Source: a virus
Virus record (IMG/VR): IMGVR_UViG_3300027714_000009
Span: 26,379-90,378 of that record
DNA: 64,000 bases
Reading direction: 5' to 3' (one strand)
Part shown: positions 19,825 through 30,678 of the stretch, piece by piece
How the letters are laid out: each line of letters starts with the position of its first letter
Numbering within the stretch: the first letter of the stretch is position 1
Program-made: the position numbers and the translations under genes
Notes under the pieces: model-generated
Databases searched by the model: none
Told to the model about the DNA's origin: nothing
What the model saw: the letters and a program-made list of their open reading frames with translations, nothing else

Positions 19825-20754
19825 TTACTGTACACCAGTTTTCTTTACTACAGGTGCTGGTACTTTGTAAGATACGCCATTAATATTTCTAACTTTTTCA
19901 CCTGTTTTAAGATTTCCATCCCATCTTTCTAATTCTGGTTGATTTGAAGTAACTGCACCTTTATTTCTTGTAAATTGAGCTTCATCTTCAGCTGTATTGT
20001 TTTCTGCATTTCCTGCTGACTTTCCAGTAGCATTACCAGTTTCATCTGGAACGACTGTATACATCCCAAATCTGGCCTGTTCTTCAGTTACTACGGTTGC
20101 TGATATGTTTGGACCAGTGCCAAATTCATTAGCTAGGTTTGGATTGTTAACATGATCTGGTGGCATTACAGTGTTTGAACTTAGTACCCTATAACCTTCA
20201 TATCCAAATGTTACTCTAATAATTGATGCACCACTATCTGAATAGTCTAGTGTATCAGTATCAATGTTTTGAATATATGCGTTAAAGATTTCAATTTCAC
20301 TCTCTAACTTTGCTTCCTTGTTATCTGGATCATGTCGTAATATTTTTATAGACTTAATGTATGTCTTTTCTTCGCGTAGTTCTAATCCTTTTGGACTAGT
20401 TAACCAAGTAGCATAATCTTCATCATTCATAGGACCAGCAAAGTAATATCTTGCGTAGTCCTTTAGGAATGTTTCAAATACAGCATCCTTTGTATCGTAT
20501 GCTGTTAGTGTTATAGGAGTATAATCTATTCCTGTTTGAATAATACTTTTATTATTGTACTTGTTTAACGTTTGTGTTCTAAGTGTAAATGTCGGCATCT
20601 GAATATTAGCGATACGTTCTAGCTTTAAGGCCTCCGTTACACCGGTACGAGTAAGAGTAACAGTAAAGTTAAACTTATTTCGAGGTATCGCGTCTATTAC
20701 GCCAGTTCTAAGAGCCTGGCTATAGATTTTATATCCTGCGTTCCCAATCGTCAT
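19825..20754 (-). CDS. Tail-tube-fold baseplate/tube initiator (gp54/gp48-like)
   Basis: Tube-like pattern (YTPITLTAYD, LDYSDS..VTFGYE) paralogous to the adjacent tube gene. Confidence 0.65.
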   Translation of the reverse strand: MTIGNAGYKIYSQALRTGVIDAIPRNKFNFTVTLTRTGVTEALKLERIANIQMPTFTLRTQTLNKYNNKSIIQTGIDYTPITLTAYDTKDAVFETFLKDYARYYFAGPMNDEDYATWLTSPKGLELREEKTYIKSIKILRHDPDNKEAKLESEIEIFNAYIQNIDTDTLDYSDSGASIIRVTFGYEGYRVLSSNTVMPPDHVNNPNLANEFGTGPNISATVVTEEQARFGMYTVVPDETGNATGKSAGNAENNTAEDEAQFTRNKGAVTSNQPELERWDGNLKTGEKVRNINGVSYKVPAPVVKKTGVQ

Positions 20755-20772
20755 GGTTAGTTCCTAACTATG

Positions 20773-21381
20773 TTACTTAGTCGCGCCAGTTTTTGTTCTA
20801 TCTGCATCTGTAGCTATTGCACTTAGTACATCACTTCCATCAATAAGGTGAATTGCATTATCAAAACGTATTGACAATGTAACTTGTACCATACTTGAAT
20901 CAGCATAGTTTAAGTCGCCATATTGTACGTTAGTAATGAAACAACCTTGTAGTGTCCAATTATCAAACACTGATGGTTTAGTTGCACCGTTAGCGCCGTC
21001 AAGTGTTTCAATTTGTACACCAAACTTATATGCGTTACCAGAGATAGAACTTGATTGATCAGCATGATCAACTTGTCTATTCAACTGAGCGCCAAGTTTC
21101 TTAATTACTCTTGATGACATATCATCACGGAATACAATTGTAATTGGATCCCATGTGTGCTTACCTGCTAGGTAAATCTTTGAGTTGTATGAATCAACAA
21201 CAACTTCTTCATGAGTTAATGCTGGTCTACCAGTACTAATCACGTTTTGTGTTACTTCGTCTGTTCCACCGGGTCCGCCTAGATCTTCAAATCGTACTCT
21301 AAAACGATATTGTAGCTTGGGCATAAGTGTAGTACCTGCCGAGCTATCTGTTGGAACTCCGAAATTTGTAATTACAGCCAT
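20773..21381 (-). CDS. gp19: Tail tube protein (gp19-like)
   Basis: PKLQYRFRV, YLAGKHTWDPITIVFRDD, YGDLNY, IRFDNA; near the sheath gene. Confidence 0.85.
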   Translation of the reverse strand: MAVITNFGVPTDSSAGTTLMPKLQYRFRVRFEDLGGPGGTDEVTQNVISTGRPALTHEEVVVDSYNSKIYLAGKHTWDPITIVFRDDMSSRVIKKLGAQLNRQVDHADQSSSISGNAYKFGVQIETLDGANGATKPSVFDNWTLQGCFITNVQYGDLNYADSSMVQVTLSIRFDNAIHLIDGSDVLSAIATDADRTKTGATK

Positions 21382-21502
21382 TTGTTTTTCTCCTATAATA
21401 CTTACTATGGTAGTATCTTCTTGTTATATTGTATTTATCACTTCTTCACTCAAAAAGATAGGTCACTCAAATAAAGCAACCCATCTTCACTATTACCATG
21501 TA

Positions 21503-21811
21503 TTATACAGTCCAACTAGTGATTGTAGCAAATTTATCGTCGGCCAATTCTAAATCTCTTAGACTTTGTCCAAATCCTGCTAGTGAGTCTGTTGTATTCA
21601 AATATGTTTTAAATTCTAACAACTTAGCGTCAGTATCAAAATTATAATTGATCCAGATCTTATTACCTTCTAATATGTATCCCATAGTTACATCAATATC
21701 ACCAGGAGTGAATCCTGTGATAGCGTTTGCGATTGCTGTATGTTCTGCCGAAGCTTTGAACTCGTCAACCGATGCCCAGTTACCTGGGGCTTGTCTAATT
21801 TTATTAGCCAT
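21503..21811 (-). CDS. Hypothetical protein inserted between sheath and tube
   Basis: 102-aa ORF, GAGG SD, own CATAAATA motif. Confidence 0.65.
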   Translation of the reverse strand: MANKIRQAPGNWASVDEFKASAEHTAIANAITGFTPGDIDVTMGYILEGNKIWINYNFDTDAKLLEFKTYLNTTDSLAGFGQSLRDLELADDKFATITSWTV

Positions 21812-21899
21812 ATGGTTTATCCTCTTAAATGTCTTTAAGTTCCTTCAAGGAACTATATGCATTGCAATGTGCAACTGTATTTATGCAAAGTATAGTCAT

Positions 21900-21939
21900 A
21901 AAAAAAGGCTACTATAATCATTTATACAGTAGCCTTTTT
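21900..21939 (-). terminator. Terminator after the sheath gene
   Basis: AAAAAAGGCTACT...AGTAGCCTTTTTT inverted repeat. Confidence 0.75.
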
Positions 21940-21954
21940 AATAATTTTAAGCTA

Positions 21955-24402
21955 TTAGCTTAATTCGCCTGTGTTTACAATTCTAATTGGAATGTAAATA
22001 AACTCTGCTGACTTAGTTGGCTCAATTGCCACGTCAATGTAGAATTCGTTTGCATCAATACGTGCGGCTGTGTTGTTTGTTGTATCACACACAACTGCAA
22101 AGTCGTAAATACCACGTTGTTGTAAAATGTTAGCTAAGAAGCCATCAAATACTTGTTTAGCATTTAAACGTGTTCCAGCATCATTTGGTTCAAATAAGAA
22201 CGGTCTTGAAATAACTGAGAAACGCTCTCTTAGATAAGCTGTAAGTCTTGCAACGTTAACTCTATCTAATGCTGAAGCACCTGTATGTAATGATTTTTGT
22301 CCAAACACTACAACACCCTCTGCCGGGAATCTTGCGATTGGATTCATTTTAGCTTCGTACATTGCATCACGTGAACCTTGTGTTAAAGCTAGTTTAACAA
22401 ATTCGTTCTCGCTGTTTAAGTAACCAACGTTAGATGCATTTTGTACAACACCACGTGTTAAGCCTGCTGGTGCAAACCATTGGTATGATGCATTATCACT
22501 GTAAGCAAATGTATATAGTGCAATGTGTGATGCCGGAGCAACAACACTATCACCAGTTACATGGTTAGTTGTTAATGCGTGTGGATAGTAAACTGCTGAG
22601 TAAGTGTTTTTAGAAGTTAATCCTTTTTCACCATTCTCTGTTGCCGCTGTACCTGCTATCCAAGTAATTGCTTCTGTTTGATTTAAACGGAATGGAGCAT
22701 CTGCGATAATAAAGGCTGTTTCATCTTTATCAGCGTTCAATGTAATCATTTCGTCATATAACTCTGGGTAACCAGGAGCTGCAATTAGTCTAAATTGAAC
22801 TGTATCTTCACGTAGTTCTGTTGCGCCTGCTGCCGCTTGCATTGCTACTGTTACAACTTTACGCTGTGCTAGTCTACCAAATGATCCTGAACCATCGGCT
22901 GCATTGCTTGCTTTGTTACGCCATTTCCATGCTGTAGTTAGTGCTGTGTTGTATACACGAACAGTACTTGCTGAACGACACATGTTAATACCTGTCATTC
23001 CAACTGGATATACTAATGGATTTGGAGCACCTGCTAATAGAGTTGCTTCAAACGTATCATTAGCTGTTGCGTTAGCAGTAATATCACCAAATACAACACC
23101 TGCCGCTGTACTTTGATCTGCTTTGTTTTTAACTACCCATGCTGTACCGTTATGTCTGTAAATTACAGGATAACCTGTTGCATCAGTGTCAATCCAATAA
23201 GCGCCGGCTGCTAAAGAACCACCTGCTTTATTTGTAGTAGGTGCTGATGTTACATACTGTATATCAGATACTTTTTTCCATTTTTGTGTTCCTGAATCAC
23301 TAGCAACTTCATAAATTGCAAGATCATTAACATCTGGATCAAACCATACTGTGTTATTAACTGGAGTGCCTGTTGGCTGTGTAGATAAAACAGTAGAAAT
23401 AAATCCACCAGTTCCACCACCGTCTAATTCGATATCGTCCCAATCAGTTCCGACACTGTCGTAACGTTTGATTGCAATTTTACCACTTGTACCATTTACT
23501 GCATCGTGGTCTAACCAAATGTCGCCATCTGAGAATGTACGTGCTGTTGCAGAAGTACCATCAGCAAATATGTCTGATGTTGTTCCTGCTGGTGTTCCGT
23601 TTTGTGAGTATACTGCACTCTTCTTCATAAATGCGCCGGCTACTGTTGTAAATAATTTAATATCTACGTTTATGCCGCCTCCTGGAGAAGTAGTTTTAAT
23701 CCAAACATCGCCTGCTGTAGGTGAAGCTGGAACAGTGTAGTGTGCTGACCAATCTACTTCGCTTGCGAAGCCATTGTCTAGTAGGTCCCAAGCACCTGAT
23801 ACACCTTTGTAATAATAAGCCGCTGTTTCAGTGTTACTGTTTACTACTTCAACTAAGTAATTTCCATTAACAACTGTTGCCGTTGCTGAGCCTGCAGAAG
23901 AAACAATTTCTACTGTTGGAAGTTTTTCAACCCAAGCTGATCCTACGTATTCGTATATACCCCAACTTGATGTTGTAGGGCTGGTCCAATATGTGTTGTT
24001 AGCAGGGTCGCCTGTTGGCTCTGCTGATAGTGGACGTAATGCTGTTAAGTCAACGTCTGCACGAACAATATATGCCGCTGAACTTTGACCGAGAAAGCTG
24101 TATGCCGCTAGTAGTCCATATTCGTTTGTTTCGTCACCTTGTGATACTGTACCACTTACTTTACGGAAATCTACATTTCCAAAGTATTGTGTTAGTTCAC
24201 GTTGTGATGTTACTAGAATAGGTTTCTTAGCATTTACTGATTTTGTGTATTTTGCTTTGCCGTCGGTTTCAGTTAGGGTTGGATCAACCTTGTCCTGTCC
24301 TGTAGCAATAAACAACATTGGAACAGTGCCCGCACCCGCTGGTCCGTATACTGATTCGTCTGTTACTGTTACCTGTACGCCAGGTGAAACAAGATTTGCC
24401 AT
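21955..24402 (-). CDS. gp18: Tail sheath protein (gp18-like)
   Basis: LVSPGVQV, WFAPAGLTRG, FGQKS, SALDRVNVARL, FEPND, PTKSAEFIYI. Confidence 0.95.
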   Translation of the reverse strand: MANLVSPGVQVTVTDESVYGPAGAGTVPMLFIATGQDKVDPTLTETDGKAKYTKSVNAKKPILVTSQRELTQYFGNVDFRKVSGTVSQGDETNEYGLLAAYSFLGQSSAAYIVRADVDLTALRPLSAEPTGDPANNTYWTSPTTSSWGIYEYVGSAWVEKLPTVEIVSSAGSATATVVNGNYLVEVVNSNTETAAYYYKGVSGAWDLLDNGFASEVDWSAHYTVPASPTAGDVWIKTTSPGGGINVDIKLFTTVAGAFMKKSAVYSQNGTPAGTTSDIFADGTSATARTFSDGDIWLDHDAVNGTSGKIAIKRYDSVGTDWDDIELDGGGTGGFISTVLSTQPTGTPVNNTVWFDPDVNDLAIYEVASDSGTQKWKKVSDIQYVTSAPTTNKAGGSLAAGAYWIDTDATGYPVIYRHNGTAWVVKNKADQSTAAGVVFGDITANATANDTFEATLLAGAPNPLVYPVGMTGINMCRSASTVRVYNTALTTAWKWRNKASNAADGSGSFGRLAQRKVVTVAMQAAAGATELREDTVQFRLIAAPGYPELYDEMITLNADKDETAFIIADAPFRLNQTEAITWIAGTAATENGEKGLTSKNTYSAVYYPHALTTNHVTGDSVVAPASHIALYTFAYSDNASYQWFAPAGLTRGVVQNASNVGYLNSENEFVKLALTQGSRDAMYEAKMNPIARFPAEGVVVFGQKSLHTGASALDRVNVARLTAYLRERFSVISRPFLFEPNDAGTRLNAKQVFDGFLANILQQRGIYDFAVVCDTTNNTAARIDANEFYIDVAIEPTKSAEFIYIPIRIVNTGELS

Positions 24403-24496
24403 GTTATAGCTCCTTTAGTGTGTTTAGAATATATCTAAATTTTGTTATACTAGTATTTACCGCAAAATGCTTAAAAGGGGGGTTTACAGAGTTAAC

Positions 24497-25252
24497 TTAG
24501 CTGTTAATGGTGGCTAATAGCTGATCAAAACTTGCACATATCATATGTTCAAATCCATCACCCCATTTACCATGAACAATCATGTGAATTCTGTTTTCTG
24601 TACCGTTGTTTATAACACTATGCCTTCTTCCTATATCAATTCCTCTAGCTTCACCAGGTTCCCATGGTACAAGTCCTGCTTCTTCTAATGCAAAGTCCAC
24701 TCCTGGTGGATTACTTAATGATACGTTAAATGCAGCCATGCTTCTTCTATCAAAGTCCTGATGTGGTTGAATATAACCACCCGGTTCTAATAACATGAAT
24801 CTACATCGTTGATACTCTTTAAACGGCCAGGCATTCTTTAGCCAGTCTACTGTTACTGGACAATGTTCTGCTATGTCTGTCCAACCATATGGGGCACTAT
24901 TTTCTTCTGTGTCTATTCCTTCTCTTATGTAATGATCAGCTGGTTGTGTTCTTTCTGCTGTTTGTCCATGTACACAAATGCTACTCCAGCCTGGATGCAT
25001 ATCACCTCGGTGCTCAACATATCTGTCTAAAACTTTTTCAGCTTCAGCTGCCATTGCTTCATGTGGTACTTCTATATTAGTAACTAAACTAGGACAATTT
25101 GATTCATTCATAATCCATTTACAGTACTGTATCATTGTACCTCGGTGTTCTCTCCAATTTAAAAACTGGTCACCTGGATTATTTAAATTTTCGTAGTGAG
25201 AATGCTTTTTACATTCATTGATAAAATTAGTTACGTTATCTATTTGTTCCAT
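24497..25252 (-). CDS. Asp/Asn beta-hydroxylase-like 2OG-Fe(II) oxygenase
   Basis: RCRFMLLEPGGYIQPHQD...HSVINNGTENRIHMIV. Confidence 0.85.
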   Translation of the reverse strand: MEQIDNVTNFINECKKHSHYENLNNPGDQFLNWREHRGTMIQYCKWIMNESNCPSLVTNIEVPHEAMAAEAEKVLDRYVEHRGDMHPGWSSICVHGQTAERTQPADHYIREGIDTEENSAPYGWTDIAEHCPVTVDWLKNAWPFKEYQRCRFMLLEPGGYIQPHQDFDRRSMAAFNVSLSNPPGVDFALEEAGLVPWEPGEARGIDIGRRHSVINNGTENRIHMIVHGKWGDGFEHMICASFDQLLATINS

Positions 25253-26670
25253 TTGAACATCTTTCCTAATGTATTACTTGGTAGATTTTCAAAATCTATT
25301 GATGTATGATTTTCTACAAATTTAATTGGTCCTGCGATCTGATCTTGTGTTAACAATGGACTTGTACACTTAGCAACAATATTATTGTTAGAGTAAAACT
25401 TCAGTTTAGCAAATAGCTCATTGTACATTATTACACGTTGTTCTAAGCTATAATAAACCGCTGTTGGGTAATAATGAAAGATGTTACTTAAATGAACATA
25501 CGTCAATCCTTTAGCTGAATAATTAGCAGACCATTTTGCAAATGATGTATACCTATTAGGATTCATTAAATTTGTTTGTTCATATTGAATGTTAAATGTG
25601 CTAAATGTATCTCTCCACCATTCTTGCCATTCAGGCATTGAATCAAGTAGTTTTTGTGTATCCTGTAGTTGTTGCTGTCCTCTAAATAATTCGTCTTTCC
25701 TAGAATAGTAACTGCATTTACTATCCATCATTTTATTCATGTATTCAGTGTAGTTTGTTCCATCCCATTCTGTTATTAATTGTTGCATACAGTCTAAAGC
25801 AAATGTACTAATATCGTATATAATAATTGTACTGCCTGGTGGTAATCTAAGATTCTTTGCATACAACATAGGACTTATACCAGCTGACGGTGCAACTACT
25901 TTAGTAAACTTTTGGTCCTTGTCACCAATATTATTTGTTTCAGTGTCGGGTATTTCAGTATTACCAACAAAGAATATTTGCGTATCCATCTGTTCATGTA
26001 GATAGAATATATTTCTCCAAGCATCATCACGAACCTCTGCATACAAATATTCCTTAGATTGACGTAATGAGAGATCCCAAGAATGAATAGTTTGGTTATC
26101 ATCTAAAAGTGCTTTTACTAAATTCCACCCGCCATTTTTATGTGTATATGTAGCTGGTTCGGATCCTGGTTTAACCCAATAAGGAGTATACTTGTCATGA
26201 TGATTCTGTGTACTGCGTATTGGCTTTGTTGTTTCCCAAGGCCCGCTATCATGTTCGTCTCCCCATTCTGGCATGCCTGCTTCTGCCCACCAATCTAAGT
26301 CAATTAAAAAGCATTGTGGATGAATCCAAAAGTACTCGTCTCCCTTATCTAGTATATGTCCTATAAATTTTGAGTCAAGATGTTTTTCATAAAATTCAGG
26401 GAATACTCTCTCAAAATATTTGTGTACTGTTCCTTGCTTAAATACAACTATCTTTGAATAGCCTGCATTATATGCTTGTGTTAATAATCCTGATATTTTT
26501 TCATCCACGAATTGCTGATCACAGAAAAGCCCAAATTCGACAGAGTCGTATTCAGCTATATTTTGGGATATTCCGTTGAGGAGGGAGTTGCTTATGCGGT
26601 CGTTATATAACCAACCTACACATAATTCTTTAGTTTCTACTTTGGCGTTCCACCAATCATCATTAAACAT
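25240..26670 (-). CDS. Hypothetical enzyme-like protein (two domains; C-terminal part possibly Rossmann/SAM-like)
   Basis: 476-aa Trp-rich ORF; IIIYDIS and HLSNIFHY motifs; coupled to the oxygenase. Confidence 0.5.
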   Translation of the reverse strand: MFNDDWWNAKVETKELCVGWLYNDRISNSLLNGISQNIAEYDSVEFGLFCDQQFVDEKISGLLTQAYNAGYSKIVVFKQGTVHKYFERVFPEFYEKHLDSKFIGHILDKGDEYFWIHPQCFLIDLDWWAEAGMPEWGDEHDSGPWETTKPIRSTQNHHDKYTPYWVKPGSEPATYTHKNGGWNLVKALLDDNQTIHSWDLSLRQSKEYLYAEVRDDAWRNIFYLHEQMDTQIFFVGNTEIPDTETNNIGDKDQKFTKVVAPSAGISPMLYAKNLRLPPGSTIIIYDISTFALDCMQQLITEWDGTNYTEYMNKMMDSKCSYYSRKDELFRGQQQLQDTQKLLDSMPEWQEWWRDTFSTFNIQYEQTNLMNPNRYTSFAKWSANYSAKGLTYVHLSNIFHYYPTAVYYSLEQRVIMYNELFAKLKFYSNNNIVAKCTSPLLTQDQIAGPIKFVENHTSIDFENLPSNTLGKMFKWNK

Positions 26671-26702
26671 ATGTTGTCCTTGTAATTTGTCTACAACATT
26701 AT

Positions 26703-27338
26703 TTATCTTACAAAATGGTTGAGTGTTTGTTCCTTTAGATCAACTAGTGAAGTAGTGTTGGCTATCTGTTTATCAAACTTCCAGCCTGCCCAGCTCCATT
26801 CACTTTTGTGTACTTCTGGAAATACTATAGACATACTGTTATCTGCTGGAATGGGTGTATTTGCTGTGTTAATACCTACTGCTGTTGCCCACCAATCTGG
26901 GTTCTCTGAGCGCCATACAACCGCTGTGTGCCCACCTAAGCGTTTTATAGCCTTTAGCTCATTAAAGAATCTACAGTCTGATATAACAACGTTTCTGTCA
27001 GTTTGTTCAATTTGTCGTTCACATGCCGCTACCCAAATGTCTGGGTGGAAGTGTGTTCTTAGTACATCAGTACCTACGTGTTGCAATGCCCAACGTGGAG
27101 TAAAGTTAGGAATGTCTAAGCGTTTAGCCCACCAGTCATCAACTGTCTCACGCCAAACTCTGCTTTCAGGTGTATTACCTTCTAGCAGTATTCTATCCCA
27201 ACCAAAAATATTAGCACATGCATCTTTTAATACTCCTGCAAAACTAACTCGTGCAAATCCTTCTTCAATTAGAAAGCCTGCCGCTGTATCTTTACCGTGT
27301 CCTATAAGACCACATATACCTACAATTTTCTTAGTCAT
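26703..27338 (-). CDS. gp1: Deoxynucleoside monophosphate kinase (gp1-like)
   Basis: GLIGHGKDT, SFAGVLKD, TPRWALQHVGTD, VISDCRFFNE. Confidence 0.92.
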   Translation of the reverse strand: MTKKIVGICGLIGHGKDTAAGFLIEEGFARVSFAGVLKDACANIFGWDRILLEGNTPESRVWRETVDDWWAKRLDIPNFTPRWALQHVGTDVLRTHFHPDIWVAACERQIEQTDRNVVISDCRFFNELKAIKRLGGHTAVVWRSENPDWWATAVGINTANTPIPADNSMSIVFPEVHKSEWSWAGWKFDKQIANTTSLVDLKEQTLNHFVR

Positions 27339-27361
27339 TCTATTGCTCCGTTGTAATTTAT

Positions 27362-27390
27362 ATTATAATTGATTTTTAATTAGTTGTCAA
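27362..27390 (-). promoter_or_regulatory. Consensus sigma70 promoter for the dNMP kinase
   Basis: TTGACA-17-TATAAT. Confidence 0.8.
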
Positions 27391-27398
27391 GTACAAAC

Positions 27399-27980
27399 TT
27401 AATTATTTGATTTTCCATTTATTCCTGTTACAGGACAGCTAACAATTGTTGTAGAAATAATACGCATATGTGTACTTGCTTCTACTATATTAAAAATAGC
27501 CAATGCAAGCATTGTTTTATCTATTAAATGTTTATCTTTATTATCGTTATATTTGCTACTATTAAATCTGCCAGGTTTAATATTAATTACTTGACAGTGT
27601 TTTTCCATAGTAGATAAGTTTAATGCAATTTCGTCTAATGCGTGTTTACCAGCATCATATCTTTTTTGTTGTGTGCTTTCGTTTTTTCTATTTCTAGTTT
27701 GTGGAGAAGATCCACTAATAACTACAATCTTTTTATGCTGATCTTTATATTCGTCCCATAGCTCACAAAGCATATCAATTTGTGCAAATCTGTTTTCATT
27801 ACTACTTGCTACAATGTATATGACAGCAATATCTTTAGCATTTTTTACAATTTTCTCTCTGCTGCTGAAATTAGAAATATCATATCCATTATCTAAACTA
27901 AAGCCTAGTGGATTCTTATGTAGTTTGAAAATTTCATTCCCAAGTCCACTACTATGGCCAATAATTAAACAATCATACAT
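27399..27980 (-). CDS. Short-chain dehydrogenase/reductase-like protein
   Basis: IIGHSSGLG, YDAGK (YxxxK), INIKPG. Confidence 0.75.
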   Translation of the reverse strand: MYDCLIIGHSSGLGNEIFKLHKNPLGFSLDNGYDISNFSSREKIVKNAKDIAVIYIVASSNENRFAQIDMLCELWDEYKDQHKKIVVISGSSPQTRNRKNESTQQKRYDAGKHALDEIALNLSTMEKHCQVINIKPGRFNSSKYNDNKDKHLIDKTMLALAIFNIVEASTHMRIISTTIVSCPVTGINGKSNN

Positions 27981-28596
27981 TTATAAACTTGCCTTCTTTG
28001 TAGCGTTTGATCATATCTTCGTATGTTTCATGAGTAATTTTAATTCTAAACATTACTCGTTCATATTTTATCTGTTCAACACTATGTAATGTTTTTCCAT
28101 TAAAAATACTTGGATGATTCATATCATATGTATACTCATATTCAATTCCTAGAGGGTTATCTCTGTCACTATCCTCACCTTTCCAAAAAGTAATTTTTTC
28201 AAAATCATTCTCTGGCAAAATAGGAAGCATTATATTATAGTGCATCTGCCTATCAGTATGAGGTTTAAAAACAAATTCTGGTTCGTAATACATAAATGTT
28301 ATATCGTCGTTACCAAGAGGTTCTAAAAAATTAAATTTACTTATTAGTTCTTTAACTTCTGGATATTCCTGCATATGTTTTCCTTCGTATGCAGGGCTAT
28401 ACACTCCCATTAATCTTCCAGAATAGCCATCTGTTCGACCTTGGTGTCTGTGTACTTGATTTTTTCTATTTTTAATAGCAGTCTTGTATTCGTTCCACTC
28501 TAACGCACAATGACTCATACGCTCATATAAATTTTTAAGAGCGGGTCGATTGTATACAAGTTCGTCTACTACAACATGATGTTTTGATTCTTGCAT
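27973..28596 (-). CDS. 2OG-Fe(II) oxygenase-like protein
   Basis: PHTD...LHSV...RVMFR facial-triad pattern. Confidence 0.7.
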   Translation of the reverse strand: MQESKHHVVVDELVYNRPALKNLYERMSHCALEWNEYKTAIKNRKNQVHRHQGRTDGYSGRLMGVYSPAYEGKHMQEYPEVKELISKFNFLEPLGNDDITFMYYEPEFVFKPHTDRQMHYNIMLPILPENDFEKITFWKGEDSDRDNPLGIEYEYTYDMNHPSIFNGKTLHSVEQIKYERVMFRIKITHETYEDMIKRYKEGKFINV

Positions 28597-28607
28597 TAAT
28601 AGTTACT

Positions 28608-29345
28608 TTATCCAATTAGGAATCCCAAACCGGTACTTCCATCATTGAATAATGTTAGTTCTATTTCCAGTTTGTCAATTTCTGCTTGAGCATCTGCTCG
28701 TAGTTGGTCTGCGTTCATTGTAGTTCCACCCTGTGGTCCTGCAATCTGTGTAAACTTACCACGTGCTTCTGATAAGATTAATTTAGCATGTGCGAACGCA
28801 TAGTCTTTTAACCAAGGTCCTGCATATGTATCTAACAACAAGTCATCTGCTGGCCTGTAGTTATAGCAATGCAGTACTGCGTTGTCATTTGCTTTAATCT
28901 TACGTTGTAAAATTAGCTTTTTATCTTGTGGGCGCCATGTGAACATTATCTCTGCTCCAAATAGTCTACCCATTGCTTCTCTATTTTGCTGAAGGAAATC
29001 AAAAGTTGCTAGTCCGCCATTACGACTACTGCCTAGCAAATAAGTGTTCATGTATGCCGCTTGGAATGGTTCGATGTCATTTCCTGTACCACTACTTACA
29101 CCTGTTGTCCTACGATAGATGTCACGTACTTCCATTACCTCAGTTGGTAATGTATATTCGCTCTGATCTTTCATCATTTCTAAAATAATGAAACTTTCTT
29201 CAACTGCGTTCTCAGCACGTTGGCGATATTTCTGAAGAGATTTTGATATCGCTAGCTCATAATGTTCTGGGTCTAGTTCGACATCGATCATTCCACCACC
29301 TAGGCGTAATTCAATCTCTTTCTGAAGTTTGTTTAATGCACTCAT
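28608..29345 (-). CDS. gp13: Neck protein (gp13-like)
   Basis: LRLGGGMIDVEL, WLKDY, RGKF..IAGPQGGTTMN. Confidence 0.85.
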   Translation of the reverse strand: MSALNKLQKEIELRLGGGMIDVELDPEHYELAISKSLQKYRQRAENAVEESFIILEMMKDQSEYTLPTEVMEVRDIYRRTTGVSSGTGNDIEPFQAAYMNTYLLGSSRNGGLATFDFLQQNREAMGRLFGAEIMFTWRPQDKKLILQRKIKANDNAVLHCYNYRPADDLLLDTYAGPWLKDYAFAHAKLILSEARGKFTQIAGPQGGTTMNADQLRADAQAEIDKLEIELTLFNDGSTGLGFLIG

Positions 29346-29381
29346 TTAAGTTTGTCTCCTGCTGTATGTATTTATCAGAGT

Positions 29382-30677
29382 TTACTTATTAAATGTCGCT
29401 ATAAGAATCGTCTCACCATTAATACGTCCATTCAGTTTTGTTTCTGTTGTTTTTAAGGAGTCAACTAACTTCTCTAACTTAGATCTAGTAGACTTCTTCA
29501 TTTGTGGAAGCACTTCTGCAGGCTTACGTATTGTACGTTGTATACTCTTGTTCTCATCGTACCCAATAATAGTAGTTCCTTTAACACTAAGTCCACTACC
29601 TTCACGTTGTAGTCCCATTGGATCTACATTGCTAGCATAGTAAATACCTAGCTTACGGTTGCGAGTGTTAAATACCACCAGCATTCGGGCGTAAACGATA
29701 TCAGCTGGCAATATGCTTGCTAAACCATAATCGGGGTCGCTTTGCTTAAATTTGAGCTTCTTAACTAGGTCTTCTGGACTCTTAGTACGTACTTTACGTA
29801 CTTTGCGATTCAATTTACCTTCTGCTTCACAAATATCACATGCACCTTCAATCTTTCTGTATATTGCAAGTGCCGCTTTTTGTTGAGCAGTTGACATGTG
29901 ACTGTAACCTTCTTCAAGTTGTAAACGGTTGTCATCTTTGTCATCTTTAGATACTTTAGCATTAAGCTCTGCAAATTCTGCAACTGCATCAGCATAGTAC
30001 TTACGAATAATTCTAGCATGTGCTGTTTTAACGCCTGCTTTTTTAAGCATAGCAGTTGGTTCAAAGTCTTTTGCCAGTGATGTATCATATCCACTGTTAA
30101 GCCATACGTCTAAGAAGTCTTCTACTTCACCTGTCATATCAATTGCGGCTCTGTGTAACAACTCTTGAATAGTAGGCTTGCGAGTATTTAATTCTAACCT
30201 AGCATCTAGTATTGCTTTCTCTTCTGCTTCTTTAACAAATGATGTTCCTTCGTCAATTGCATTAGCAATGCGTTTCTTAATGAAGTCACTAATTGGTTTA
30301 GGAGTTCCTGATGTACCAGCTAGCCCTTCCCAATATGCATTCCAAGCGAGATGCTCGTCTGGACAACCCATAGTAAGCATGCGACAGTAGTAACCTGTTA
30401 CTGCACTTATTGATTGACTCTTCGCTGCCTTAACACATTTAATGTCTTGCTTAGTATATTCGTTAGCAAGCATCCAAGTGAATGCAAAGTCATGCAGATC
30501 ACTTACTTTGTAATTTTGATAATAATAATCCGTTGCGGCTTGACGTTTCTGATGAAACTCTTTACCTGACCAACCATCTGCACCATCCCAATTAGGATCC
30601 TGTAAAAGGTTTTTACGAATCTTTAAAGAAGTTGCTCTTGGCTTCTTCTTTTTTGTTAATTTTATTCCTACTGCCAT
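29382..30677 (-). CDS. Conserved hypothetical phage protein
   Basis: 431 aa; VFNTRNRKL, SVKGTTI, TIRKP, LNGRIN. Confidence 0.7.
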   Translation of the reverse strand: MAVGIKLTKKKKPRATSLKIRKNLLQDPNWDGADGWSGKEFHQKRQAATDYYYQNYKVSDLHDFAFTWMLANEYTKQDIKCVKAAKSQSISAVTGYYCRMLTMGCPDEHLAWNAYWEGLAGTSGTPKPISDFIKKRIANAIDEGTSFVKEAEEKAILDARLELNTRKPTIQELLHRAAIDMTGEVEDFLDVWLNSGYDTSLAKDFEPTAMLKKAGVKTAHARIIRKYYADAVAEFAELNAKVSKDDKDDNRLQLEEGYSHMSTAQQKAALAIYRKIEGACDICEAEGKLNRKVRKVRTKSPEDLVKKLKFKQSDPDYGLASILPADIVYARMLVVFNTRNRKLGIYYASNVDPMGLQREGSGLSVKGTTIIGYDENKSIQRTIRKPAEVLPQMKKSTRSKLEKLVDSLKTTETKLNGRINGETILIATFNK

Positions 30678-30678
30678 T

